From an uncultured virus (IMG/VR IMGVR_UViG_3300005528_000053) (Duplodnaviria > Heunggongvirae > Uroviricota > Caudoviricetes): DNA of 20,000 bases. How positions within the stretch are numbered: position 1 is the first letter of the stretch; each line of letters begins with the position of its first letter. The notes beneath the pieces were generated by a model. The model saw only the letters and a list, made by a program, of their open reading frames with translations, did not search any database and was not told the origin of the DNA. The translations under genes and the position numbers were made by a program. The stretch lies in IMG/VR virus record IMGVR_UViG_3300005528_000053; one strand, written 5' to 3'. Shown in pieces: positions 8,614 to 17,007 of this stretch.

Positions 8614-9271
8614 TAAAATTATTGATCATAGGAACTACTTTAGAAATTACTTCTGCACATGCACGAGCAATTTCCATGTGTTCTTTTTGTGTTCCATTAG
8701 AGGAACGAAGTTCGATATAATGTATCCAGCTACGCAATGTACCGTTCATATATAAACGACTTTCAATAAGCCCTTCCGGCAATACAGCACGAGCTTGTTC
8801 TTTAGCTATACCGTTTTCAATAGCCCAATTATATGCCATACGTGCTTCAGTAATAACATTGTTCTGCCACCGACGCCATTGTTGTTGTAAGTCGTCATCG
8901 TCGGTTTCTATACTGTTCTGTCGATTAGCAGTATCCTGGAGTCGTGCCTCTCTATGTACAAAGTTAAGGTCCTTTGTTGGATCAGCGTAGCGTTGACTAA
9001 ATTCTTGAAAGCTAAAACTACGATGTCGTAGCATTTGCCTTGCAATGTCTCGTGTTGTTTCGATTTCTAAACACACTGATACCATTTCAAGCGGACTCCA
9101 ATGTTTATGTTTAACTAGATAGTTAATTAATTTTTCGCTGGTTCCTGTATTGAACTGATTACTTGGATTACTTACTCTTGCACAAAAAGCTATAAGATCT
9201 TGTGCATCTTCGAGCCCTTGTGCAAGAATTTCAGGAGATGGTGTACTATGTGATATTAACTTTACTTTCAT
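8603..9271 (-). CDS. thyX: FAD-dependent thymidylate synthase
   Basis: ThyX signature RHRSFSFQEFSQRY (RHRX7SXR), plus HWSPLE, ARAVLP and LRSWIHYIELR. Confidence 0.97.
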   Translation of the reverse strand: MKVKLISHSTPSPEILAQGLEDAQDLIAFCARVSNPSNQFNTGTSEKLINYLVKHKHWSPLEMVSVCLEIETTRDIARQMLRHRSFSFQEFSQRYADPTKDLNFVHREARLQDTANRQNSIETDDDDLQQQWRRWQNNVITEARMAYNWAIENGIAKEQARAVLPEGLIESRLYMNGTLRSWIHYIELRSSNGTQKEHMEIARACAEVISKVVPMINNFITD

Positions 9272-9606
9272 TTTAACTTTCTATTTTTGAAGAATTTTTT
9301 AGTACTGTTTGTAATGTCTACTCTAAGTCTCTCTGTGTCGAGTTTAAAATTAACATGTTCTATGTCATCTTTATAAGATCCGAGCATTTCTCGAACTTCC
9401 TTCTCAAAATCACTCCACGATGTATAGGATAATTTTTTTTCTACTTCTATTGACCAAACTTTTTTATTTTTGAAAACAACATCAATGGCATGTATGTATT
9501 CAATTGGTATAGCATCAAATTCAATTTCTTCAAAAATTTCAGACCAAGTATCGTTGATATCTTTAGGAAACCATTTGTTTTCGCTCTGGTTTTTTCGTTG
9601 GGACAA
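9268..9606 (-). CDS. Hypothetical protein
   Basis: Fills the operon and is ATGA-coupled to thyX. The start position is uncertain. Confidence 0.75.
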   Translation of the reverse strand: MSQRKNQSENKWFPKDINDTWSEIFEEIEFDAIPIEYIHAIDVVFKNKKVWSIEVEKKLSYTSWSDFEKEVREMLGSYKDDIEHVNFKLDTERLRVDITNSTKKFFKNRKLK

Positions 9607-10183
9607 GATCTTCCGCCAGTCTTCTTAAGTTTGCAGCTTCCTTACTTAGTTTGTCTGCTTGACTTCTGTATAGTTTTGCAGTCTCCTCTGGTGTTGCATT
9701 TGGATTAGGAGTAACTAAATCAGGTTCAGAAACTTTCGGTACTTCTTGAATAGTAGCCACATCTACTGTTTCAGATTTTGGACCTTCTGATTTACTAGGC
9801 GATTTAAGAGCTAATTCATCTACAGTGGTTCCTCTTTGCTCGGCAATCATTTGATTTAACTCAGACAGCTGAATAGCAGTAGTATGATTAGGAATCATTT
9901 CAATATCTTTAGTAGCTATTCTAACTAGCTTTCCTTCAGCATGTAAAGCTGGTAACATCATTCTACCATCTGAAAATGGAACCCTAGCTAATACCTCGCC
10001 AAACTCAAAGGAAGCTTGTGCAGTATTACCTTCGACGCAGCTAATAATCGCGTCGTGTTGACTGTCTGATAATAACTCTGTAGGAACTATAAGGCAATAA
10101 CTAGAGTCACCAGGCAGTGTTCGAAAAACGACTAAGCATTTTTTTGCATCAGCCTTAACGCGACCTACGTGTTTAAGATCCAT
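9563..10183 (-). CDS. Hypothetical protein with Pro/Glu-rich linker and C-terminal coiled coil
   Basis: Start revised to ATG at 10183 (MDLKHVGR), preceded by AAAGGAG. Helical tail AKLYRSQADKLSKEAANLRRLAEDL. Confidence 0.8.
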   Translation of the reverse strand: MDLKHVGRVKADAKKCLVVFRTLPGDSSYCLIVPTELLSDSQHDAIISCVEGNTAQASFEFGEVLARVPFSDGRMMLPALHAEGKLVRIATKDIEMIPNHTTAIQLSELNQMIAEQRGTTVDELALKSPSKSEGPKSETVDVATIQEVPKVSEPDLVTPNPNATPEETAKLYRSQADKLSKEAANLRRLAEDLVPTKKPERKQMVS

Positions 10184-10427
10184 TAGATGCTCCTTTAGAT
10201 ACAGCATTTAAGAATGCAGTAAGTTTATTATAAGTTTGTCCAACTGCCATCATTTCTGCAGGCTTAAATGCACCTCTTGAACTAGCAATGTCAACAATCA
10301 TTTTCATTGCAGCCAGATCATTGATGTTTAATTCGGTACCAGCAGCATTTTGAGAGCCTGCCTCGGACTGAGCTTCGGCAGACTGTGCAGTTAAATTAAT
10401 TTGATTTTCTTGTGTTTCGTGTTCCAT
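10173..10427 (-). CDS. Small hypothetical protein
   Basis: Start revised to ATG at 10427 (MEHETQ), preceded by AAGGAG. Polar N-terminus and helical C-terminus. Confidence 0.8.
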   Translation of the reverse strand: MEHETQENQINLTAQSAEAQSEAGSQNAAGTELNINDLAAMKMIVDIASSRGAFKPAEMMAVGQTYNKLTAFLNAVSKGASNGS

Positions 10428-10489
10428 AATAATCTCCTTATACACTATATATGATAAAAATTTGTTTCATAGAACAGAAATGAGCAAAA

Positions 10490-11671
10490 TTATGATTCTT
10501 GAAATTTTGGATTTTCGTAGTAGGCATATGTTCCAAACGGCGGAACAATTTTATCATTACCGTGAATAATAAAGACAGTATCGCAGTAATTTTCGTCACC
10601 CCAACTACCCCAAGGATATCCATCAGTAAACATGATAAATTTCTTTGGTTCAATATTGTTTTCTTTCATATAATGCCAATTAGCATCAAAGTCAGTACCA
10701 CCGCCACCTTTGACTTCGTATCCTCCGATGTCGTCATTATACCCGTCAAAATCTGCCTCGTTGTAAACACTTGTATCAAAGCACCAAATCTTTAACTTAA
10801 AATCTTTGTACTCTTCCATAATTCCTTTAATTTCTGAAAGGAAATCTCTAGCTTGATCATCGCCAATGGATCCACTCATATCTAAAGAAATAGCTATATC
10901 GATAGTTTCGTCAAATCGCATACCTGGTAAAACAGCACCAGTGTGCCAACCTTTTCGATTTGGACGCATAAAAGTATAATCGTTTTTAATAGTGCTTTGG
11001 ATTTGTTGACGTAGCAATGTGCGCCAATTTATTTTAGGTTCTGTTAATTCTTTAATTAATCGTTCTACACCCGATGGCACATTACCTGCGCCTGCACCTT
11101 GAGCTGCTTGAATAGTAGCATCTCTGATCTCGTCACGAATTTTTTTCAATTCTTCTTTTGAATATGACGGCCTACCGTCGCCGTTATCTTTATTCCAGTC
11201 AATGTGTTCGTCAAGTAACTGACCTAGAGCTTTAAGTTGCTCTTCATCCATGTTTGAAAAGATTTCATCATACACTTGTTCTGCACCCCAACCGTAATAT
11301 TTGGAGTCATGAAATATTTTAATTTCTGGCGGAACTTCTCCGATCTTGTCTCGAACTAATTGACCATTTACACAATAGTCAGCAGCCGCGTTCCAAATGA
11401 ATCGATCACGGCCTTCGACACGACTCATATGATCAAACACATTATGTAGAATTTCGTGTGCAACAACAAATTCAATTTGTTTGATATTTAGAGTTTCGAA
11501 AAATTTAGTATTATAGTATAAATGACGTCCGTCAGTAGCCGCAGTAGGACACCAATCGTCTGCTTCTTTAATTTGTAGACGAGTAGCCATGTTACCAAAA
11601 AACGGATGACGTAGCAGGAGACCAACTCGAGCTACAACAATTTTATCAACGATTGGATCAGTATTATACAT
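10490..11671 (-). CDS. HEXXH metallopeptidase-like plus VWA domain protein (DUF2201-type), MoxR partner
   Basis: TAATDG, AHEILH (HEXXH), WNAAADYCVN; MIDAS elements DMSGS, GGGGTDF and FTDGY. Confidence 0.9.
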   Translation of the reverse strand: MYNTDPIVDKIVVARVGLLLRHPFFGNMATRLQIKEADDWCPTAATDGRHLYYNTKFFETLNIKQIEFVVAHEILHNVFDHMSRVEGRDRFIWNAAADYCVNGQLVRDKIGEVPPEIKIFHDSKYYGWGAEQVYDEIFSNMDEEQLKALGQLLDEHIDWNKDNGDGRPSYSKEELKKIRDEIRDATIQAAQGAGAGNVPSGVERLIKELTEPKINWRTLLRQQIQSTIKNDYTFMRPNRKGWHTGAVLPGMRFDETIDIAISLDMSGSIGDDQARDFLSEIKGIMEEYKDFKLKIWCFDTSVYNEADFDGYNDDIGGYEVKGGGGTDFDANWHYMKENNIEPKKFIMFTDGYPWGSWGDENYCDTVFIIHGNDKIVPPFGTYAYYENPKFQES

Positions 11672-11699
11672 ATTTTTCCTTAACTGTTAGTATGTACAT

Positions 11700-11728
11700 A
11701 TTATAACACCGCCCGTAGGCGGTGTCAA
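11700..11728 (-). promoter_or_regulatory. Consensus sigma70 promoter with extended -10 and hairpin-forming spacer, upstream of the VWA gene
   Basis: Minus strand TTGACA-CCGCCTACGGGCGGTGT-TATAAT (17-nt spacer, TGn extension). Inverted repeat ACACCGCC-TACG-GGCGGTGT at 11706-11725. Confidence 0.9.
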
Positions 11729-11747
11729 TGTTTAATGGACCAAACAA

Positions 11748-12836
11748 TTATCGATCGGTCGCTTGGCTAATATATTTGCCATATTTAGCATGGAAATCGT
11801 CAAAACATTCGATCTCGTCTGGATCTAATGGCAGCTGATACTGTGTAAGTGCTAACTTAGTACCCATAATAACCAATTCAGTTTCAAAGTTATTCATGAT
11901 AAAGTTAAAGAAATTGTTAACTTTTTTGTTCCAATCCTTATCGTTTTTATCACATGCATCTTTGAGTTCATAGCACAAACTAATAGTCAAAGAGTACATA
12001 GCTGAAATCTCTTTTGATTCCATCTTTTTAACCTTGCCAGTTAACACATCTTCAGGCTTAGGCATCTTGCTAGCCACTTTACGATGTGCCATAAATTTAA
12101 TAGCAAGACCTTCGCCCACTGCACCTGATACCAAGTCAGTAAGAGTGTTCTCGTCACCGTCTTCGTCGTCGAGTAATTCACTTACAAAACTCCAAGTACG
12201 AGGAGTAGCAAATGCACGACTAGCAGACTTAGGATCAAAATCATAAAGATCTTTTTTGCTGAAAGAAAGGAAACCAACGACATCCTTATTGATCTTATTT
12301 TCAGTAGCCCAACCAAAGTAGTCGTCCCAGTCTACACGCATTTCCAAGTGAACAAAACGGTTCGCCAATGGAGCAGGCATACGATAAGTAACACCCTTGT
12401 CGCTTTCGCGGTTACCAGCGGCAACTAGAAAAACATTGTCAGGCAATTCATATGTGCCAACACGACGATTAAGAATCAACTGATAGGCAGCAGCCTGTAC
12501 TGTGGGCGCCGCAGAATTCATTTCGTCTAGGAACAAAATGACATTTTTATATTTTGATGCTAGTGCTTTACTGGGCAATTCAGATGGAGGAGCCCATGCC
12601 ATTGTACTATTGTTAGAATCAAAGTACGGAATACCTTTGATGTCAGTCGGCTCCCAGAGGCTCAAACGAACATCAATTACATGAGCATCAAGCTCGACGC
12701 CCAACTGCTTAATAATGTCCGACTTACCGATACCCGGAGGTCCCCAAAGGAATACAGGACGCTTGTGCTTGAATGCTTTACGCAAACCTTTTTTAGCAGC
12801 ATTGGGTCCAACTTGTCGAGATGAGATTTCGCTCAT
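11748..12836 (-). CDS. MoxR-type AAA+ ATPase
   Basis: Walker A GPPGIGKS, Walker B LFLDE, sensor I AAGN, Arg finger PLANRF, sensor II TPRTW; adjacent to the VWA gene. Confidence 0.9.
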   Translation of the reverse strand: MSEISSRQVGPNAAKKGLRKAFKHKRPVFLWGPPGIGKSDIIKQLGVELDAHVIDVRLSLWEPTDIKGIPYFDSNNSTMAWAPPSELPSKALASKYKNVILFLDEMNSAAPTVQAAAYQLILNRRVGTYELPDNVFLVAAGNRESDKGVTYRMPAPLANRFVHLEMRVDWDDYFGWATENKINKDVVGFLSFSKKDLYDFDPKSASRAFATPRTWSFVSELLDDEDGDENTLTDLVSGAVGEGLAIKFMAHRKVASKMPKPEDVLTGKVKKMESKEISAMYSLTISLCYELKDACDKNDKDWNKKVNNFFNFIMNNFETELVIMGTKLALTQYQLPLDPDEIECFDDFHAKYGKYISQATDR

Positions 12837-12882
12837 TTATTATCCTTTAAAAAAATTGTGGTTAAATTGTGTTACAGTCAGT

Positions 12883-12911
12883 ATTATATGACAGAGTTAG
12901 GCAACTGTCAA
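12883..12911 (-). promoter_or_regulatory. Consensus sigma70 promoter with inverted repeat, upstream of the MoxR gene
   Basis: Minus strand TTGACA-GTTGCCTAACTCTGTCA-TATAAT (17-nt spacer), containing the inverted repeat TGACAG...CTGTCA. Confidence 0.9.
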
Positions 12912-12918
12912 ATACTTT

Positions 12919-13314
12919 TTAGCCATTTTGGACTTCTTCTCTGTTTTTCATAGCTTTAACCAATCCGTATTTTCGAATGTCGTCCGAAAACATGTAAAGT
13001 TCAAAAGCTTTTTTTTCAGAAAAAACAACCAAATAACTGTTAGTAAGATAATAAGGACAATCAATATATCTATCAAAAAATATGATTGTTTGGGGACTTA
13101 GTTCGATTGGTTCAGTGAACTTAACTTCGTAACTTCTTAACTCTAGCTCTTTGGTTAAGAAATCGTATCCTTCATCGGATAATCTCAATCCGCCTTCTTT
13201 TTTTGAACGGTGACTTTGCCACCATTTGAACATATGAATTTTTATGTTAGCAGGATCACAAGATTTTTCTTTTTGTTTAAGAAAAATTTTTGTGTATGTT
13301 TCCTTGGCTATCAT
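12919..13314 (-). CDS. Hypothetical protein
   Basis: Intact ORF, ATGA-coupled to 13311-13595. Confidence 0.8.
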   Translation of the reverse strand: MIAKETYTKIFLKQKEKSCDPANIKIHMFKWWQSHRSKKEGGLRLSDEGYDFLTKELELRSYEVKFTEPIELSPQTIIFFDRYIDCPYYLTNSYLVVFSEKKAFELYMFSDDIRKYGLVKAMKNREEVQNG

Positions 13315-13595
13315 TTAACTGGATCGCCGGATGTTAATTTATAAACTTGAAAATCTTTACAATTAAACATTTGATTTAATTTTTTAGCAAGATTGTGTGC
13401 ATGTCCGGGGTTACTAAAACTGACTTTTTTATATTTTGGTCCAGGGTAACTAGTTAAACTATTAAAACTTTTTAAATTGAAAGGACTACCTTTATAGAAG
13501 ACAGCCCAAACTGCTTCTGCTTCTAAAATTTGATCGCATTTATAATTTTTTTTATTTACTTGTTCCAGAAGAACTTTTGGTTTTGGTCTCGACAT
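13311..13595 (-). CDS. Small basic hypothetical protein
   Basis: GGAG RBS before the ATG; Lys-rich 94-aa product. Confidence 0.8.
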   Translation of the reverse strand: MSRPKPKVLLEQVNKKNYKCDQILEAEAVWAVFYKGSPFNLKSFNSLTSYPGPKYKKVSFSNPGHAHNLAKKLNQMFNCKDFQVYKLTSGDPVK

Positions 13596-13629
13596 ATATA
13601 CGTCTCCGAAATGTACGTATATATTTATC
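13594..13629 (-). promoter_or_regulatory. Late-type promoter box overlapping a hairpin that covers the translation initiation region
   Basis: GATAAATA at 13629-13622. Perfect 10-bp stem ATATATACGT/ACGTATATAT (13624-13615 and 13603-13594) with GGAG in the 11-nt loop and the AT of ATG in the 3' arm. Confidence 0.6.
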
Positions 13630-13639
13630 CATTTTTTAG

Positions 13640-13876
13640 TTAAAAACCACCACCGTCCATTTTTATAGTAACCGATTCTCCAGATGTTTTTTGTAGTGCA
13701 GAAAGAACTTCTGTATAGTCTTGCAGCAGTTTAGCACTAATTTCACCTAAACAAAATGCTAAATTTTTAGCAGTTTTTATATCTAACTTAATTTCTCTTT
13801 GTTGGCTTAGTTCTGCAGCCCTTACCTGTTGTATAAACTGCTGAATAGGTAATGTGTTAATAGTATTATTTTGCAT
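13640..13876 (-). CDS. Small hypothetical protein
   Basis: Overlaps the upstream stop and fills the operon; predicted helical. Confidence 0.75.
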   Translation of the reverse strand: MQNNTINTLPIQQFIQQVRAAELSQQREIKLDIKTAKNLAFCLGEISAKLLQDYTEVLSALQKTSGESVTIKMDGGGF

Positions 13877-14336
13877 GACTAAGTACCTGTTTCATTTCTA
13901 ATTCAGTTTTAAAAGGTCCTCTGGATTCATATCTTTCAATAGTGATTAGTTTAGGACAGAACGATTTTACCCATCCTTTATCAAATCTAATGGTATAATA
14001 TCCTGCACAGTATAAACTTTTACTTTGACTACTCTTTGTAAACAAAGGTAATTTTCTCTTAATATCAAAAAGAGGATTGTATGGATGACATGGTGTAGGA
14101 AATCCGTAAACATCTCTTACTTCTATTGAAGAGATTTTAGTTTTGATAGATTTTCCAAAGAAATCTTTTCCAAAAATTTTAGTTAGTTCGTCTTTACGAT
14201 TAAAATATTTTTCGCCGTCTTTGGAACTTAACATAAACTTGTTGTTTTCTTTTTTATGTAAGATAGCAACCTTTTCACCATCTTTTTCTATTATCCAATA
14301 CTTTCCTTCTATAATGGGTTTAGCTTTTAAATTCAT
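13866..14336 (-). CDS. Basic hypothetical protein
   Basis: AAGGA RBS before the ATG; intact 156-aa ORF. Confidence 0.8.
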   Translation of the reverse strand: MNLKAKPIIEGKYWIIEKDGEKVAILHKKENNKFMLSSKDGEKYFNRKDELTKIFGKDFFGKSIKTKISSIEVRDVYGFPTPCHPYNPLFDIKRKLPLFTKSSQSKSLYCAGYYTIRFDKGWVKSFCPKLITIERYESRGPFKTELEMKQVLSHAK

Positions 14337-14353
14337 TTGTATCCTTTATAGAT

Positions 14354-15358
14354 TTAAATTAGTTCAACTTCTTTACTAGTATATTTGGCAGCGAATGGTT
14401 CTGCATATTGTTGAATGTTGTCTGAAATTTTTTGTAAGTCAAATAAATTACAAAATTTTAACATTCGAATTCCAACTTGGTCAATTTTCTTAGGAGAACT
14501 AGTCTGTGCATGAATAGTTTCTTTAATCAAAGATCTAATATGATCAGGTTGTGCAGTTAGATCACAGAGCTGTACATTTCTATTATAGTCGTCGAGCACT
14601 CTATGTTCAACACCGTTATGATCCATCCAACGTTGTAACATGAGATTGTTCCACGCGAATCCTTTTGAGTTTCTATCTTCAAACGCTTCTGTTAGTCCTA
14701 CTTTATTTTTTGTTCCTTTAACGCGAACTCCTGGGTATGCTGAAAACACATTATCGCTTGTATCACCTCGCATACATTTTTCGAATAGCAGCCATTGTGG
14801 ATTAGGTGCCGGCTTCGGCTGCTTAGTTTTTTTATCAATTACTTCTTTTCCTCGATCGTCAAAATATCCTTTGTGCGTAGTAGTTACATTTGCTACGCCG
14901 TTGTATTGCCGAACAGTTGGAGAAATTAGTTGTGCAAAGTCGCTGTCAGTGCTAATAATAACATGACTGTCGTGAGGATGACTTTGTATCCATCCTGCAA
15001 TAAGATCATCTGCTTCTAACTGTGGGTGTTGTAACACAGTACAATTAGATTTCTCAGTAATGAATTCCTTAAACTTATCAAAGGTTTCCCAAAAGAGTTT
15101 ATCTTCTTCTGCTTCTTTTGGAGTCATAGCAGCTCGAGTTTCGGCTCTATTAGCCTTATAGGGCGTATAAACGTCTTTACGCCATGATCGACCTTCAAGA
15201 CAGAATACAACATGCTTGCCCTCAAAATCTTGCCAGGCCTTTTTAATACTGTTAAAAGTAATATGGAGAGCCATACCAAGTTTAGTATCAGCATCTCCAC
15301 GAACTACGTGCCTAGCACGGAAAAATGTATTAGCAGTATCTACTAGAATATATGTCAT
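14354..15358 (-). CDS. rnh: T4 RNase H-type 5'-3' exonuclease/flap endonuclease
   Basis: FEN/PIN acidic motifs YILVDTAN, WRK..Y..YKANR, EADDLIA, ISTDSDFAQL and GDTSDNV. Confidence 0.88.
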   Translation of the reverse strand: MTYILVDTANTFFRARHVVRGDADTKLGMALHITFNSIKKAWQDFEGKHVVFCLEGRSWRKDVYTPYKANRAETRAAMTPKEAEEDKLFWETFDKFKEFITEKSNCTVLQHPQLEADDLIAGWIQSHPHDSHVIISTDSDFAQLISPTVRQYNGVANVTTTHKGYFDDRGKEVIDKKTKQPKPAPNPQWLLFEKCMRGDTSDNVFSAYPGVRVKGTKNKVGLTEAFEDRNSKGFAWNNLMLQRWMDHNGVEHRVLDDYNRNVQLCDLTAQPDHIRSLIKETIHAQTSSPKKIDQVGIRMLKFCNLFDLQKISDNIQQYAEPFAAKYTSKEVELI

Positions 15359-15804
15359 GAAACTTCTAATTTGCCTTTTGAAATTGGAACAACGTTAATA
15401 TATCCGGCTCCTCGAGTAATATCTTGACCTTCTTCGGCTAAGATATTACGAGCAAGGTCACGGAACCATAAATCAACAACAAGCTCGTCTGGATCACCAT
15501 CTAAACCATAACCCGCTTGTCTTAATTGTACAATAAAGTATTCGTTCCAGTCAAGTTCAAAAAAGCCATTTCTAGGATTTTCTGGATTGACCTTAGTATC
15601 TAAAACAGCAATATAAGGTTCTTGGTTAGCAGTAGCTCGTTCTTTTGGCGTCATTTTAGCCAATTCTTCTTGTTGACGAGCTTCTTCTTCTGCCTTTTTA
15701 GCTGCTTCTTCGCTAGCTTTAGCTTCAGCTAAACGAGCTAATGATTCAGCTCTTTCTTTTTCTAATCGTTCGATGCCCGTTATTTTTTTAATAAAGTTTT
15801 TCAT
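15355..15804 (-). CDS. Hypothetical protein with N-terminal Ala/Glu/Lys coiled coil
   Basis: The likely start is the ATG at 15804 in a TAATG overlap with the queE stop. ATGA-coupled to rnh. Confidence 0.8.
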   Translation of the reverse strand: MKNFIKKITGIERLEKERAESLARLAEAKASEEAAKKAEEEARQQEELAKMTPKERATANQEPYIAVLDTKVNPENPRNGFFELDWNEYFIVQLRQAGYGLDGDPDELVVDLWFRDLARNILAEEGQDITRGAGYINVVPISKGKLEVS

Positions 15805-16661
15805 TAGGTTCCCCATTCGTTTTTAAATAACGGCACTTGAAGTCGATCACTGTACCGCCATCCTTTTTGCATTGCCATCTGTGCCACTGTTCTATTATTA
15901 AGATTGTACACCCGTTCAACACCCCCGACAGGCATAAGATAAATGTGACCTTCGAAACCGTTATCGCGATATTCTTGAACTGCCTGTTCTGCATCTTTAA
16001 GATCCTCTTCAGTGGCGACTACGAATTTTAGATAAGTGTGTCCTAGTTCTTCATATTCTCTAACGATATCTGGACGTATAGCGTCTTCTTTCTTCTCTCC
16101 GCTTACACCTAGTTTTGGACTCACGCTAAACGTAAGATTGTGATACCCTTGTTTGTGTGTCCACTTTTCTAAGTACTTTCTAAAATCTTTAGATATTTCT
16201 TGAGTACCATTTGTTTCAAATGTTATATCTTTTAATTTTTTCATTTTATCGTGACTTAACAAATCTGGATAAGCACGTTGCCAACCTAGCAAAGGTTCAC
16301 CGCCTGTAATAACAAGATGCTCACTGCGCCATTTATTATAAGGAAGTAATTCCATTATTCTATCAACTATAGCATCTACAGTTAGCATAGGGCTTAGATC
16401 TTTAAATGCTGGATGCCAACTTGCATAACTATCACAGCCTGTAGTAACTAACGGCAGTTCTTCGTACTTATGAAAAGATTCAATATTGGCATGTGTATAT
16501 GCAATATCATCTGCTTCAATACTAATCTCACCGCGTGGCATACCAAATCCGGCGCATTTAAAATTACAACCGTATGTACGTAAGAAAACAGAAGGAACAC
16601 CCATAAAGCGTCCTTCGCCTTGTATGCTATAAAAAAGCTCTGCTATTTTTATTTTACTCAT
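15804..16661 (-). CDS. queE: 7-carboxy-7-deazaguanine synthase (radical SAM)
   Basis: IAELFYSIQGEG..GVPSVFLR..GCNFKC..GCDS, VITGGEPLL, FETNGT, SVSPKL and RLQV; folE lies nearby. Confidence 0.85.
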   Translation of the reverse strand: MSKIKIAELFYSIQGEGRFMGVPSVFLRTYGCNFKCAGFGMPRGEISIEADDIAYTHANIESFHKYEELPLVTTGCDSYASWHPAFKDLSPMLTVDAIVDRIMELLPYNKWRSEHLVITGGEPLLGWQRAYPDLLSHDKMKKLKDITFETNGTQEISKDFRKYLEKWTHKQGYHNLTFSVSPKLGVSGEKKEDAIRPDIVREYEELGHTYLKFVVATEEDLKDAEQAVQEYRDNGFEGHIYLMPVGGVERVYNLNNRTVAQMAMQKGWRYSDRLQVPLFKNEWGT

Positions 16662-17007
16662 CTTTTTTCTTTCTAATATAACTTTCTCTTAATTTGTCTA
16701 CATATTCTATAGAAGATTTTAAAACTTCAGAATAATTAAGAGCTTGTTGTGTTGTAAGAGAAATCGACGACTCTGTCTCTATATAGCCCTTAGTTAATAA
16801 TATCCAAATTTGTTTTAGTCGATTAATAGACCACCATTTAGATTTAACTGTGGTATAGATTGTAATATCTATACCTATGTCGCTGGCTTCTACCCAAAGA
16901 TCGTGAGAATGATTTGCATCGTGACAATTACAGGCAATACGGTAAGACACTGAGTCCCCCCATTCGCCCGTTTTATAAATTCCTTCTGCAGGTATCTGCG
17001 GTGTCAT
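16654..17007 (-). CDS. Hypothetical protein with CxCH..HxH motif
   Basis: ACNCHDANHSH; ATGA-coupled to the upstream gene and overlapping the queE start. Confidence 0.75.
   Translation of the reverse strand: MTPQIPAEGIYKTGEWGDSVSYRIACNCHDANHSHDLWVEASDIGIDITIYTTVKSKWWSINRLKQIWILLTKGYIETESSISLTTQQALNYSEVLKSSIEYVDKLRESYIRKKKDE

Noticed and set aside
10428..10489. Possible promoter or terminator in the intergenic gap (CATATATA, weak TTTC/GAAA stem)
   Set aside because: Poor match to either promoter consensus and a weak stem in AT-rich DNA.
8552..10795. Short ORFs 8552-8755, 9490-9708, 10438-10653 and 10499-10795
   Set aside because: They overlap well-supported genes in antisense or alternative frames, with no RBS or motif support.
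11706..11725. Hairpin as a classical intrinsic terminator
   Set aside because: There is no U-tract on either strand; it is reported instead as a promoter-embedded hairpin.
15650..15770. Repetitive GCT/TCT-rich DNA
   Set aside because: Explained by an Ala/Glu/Lys coiled-coil coding region; it is not a repeat array.
12034..16031. Short ORFs 12034, 12502, 14143, 14640, 15216, 15788 and 15837
   Set aside because: Shadows of moxR, rnh, queE and neighbouring genes.
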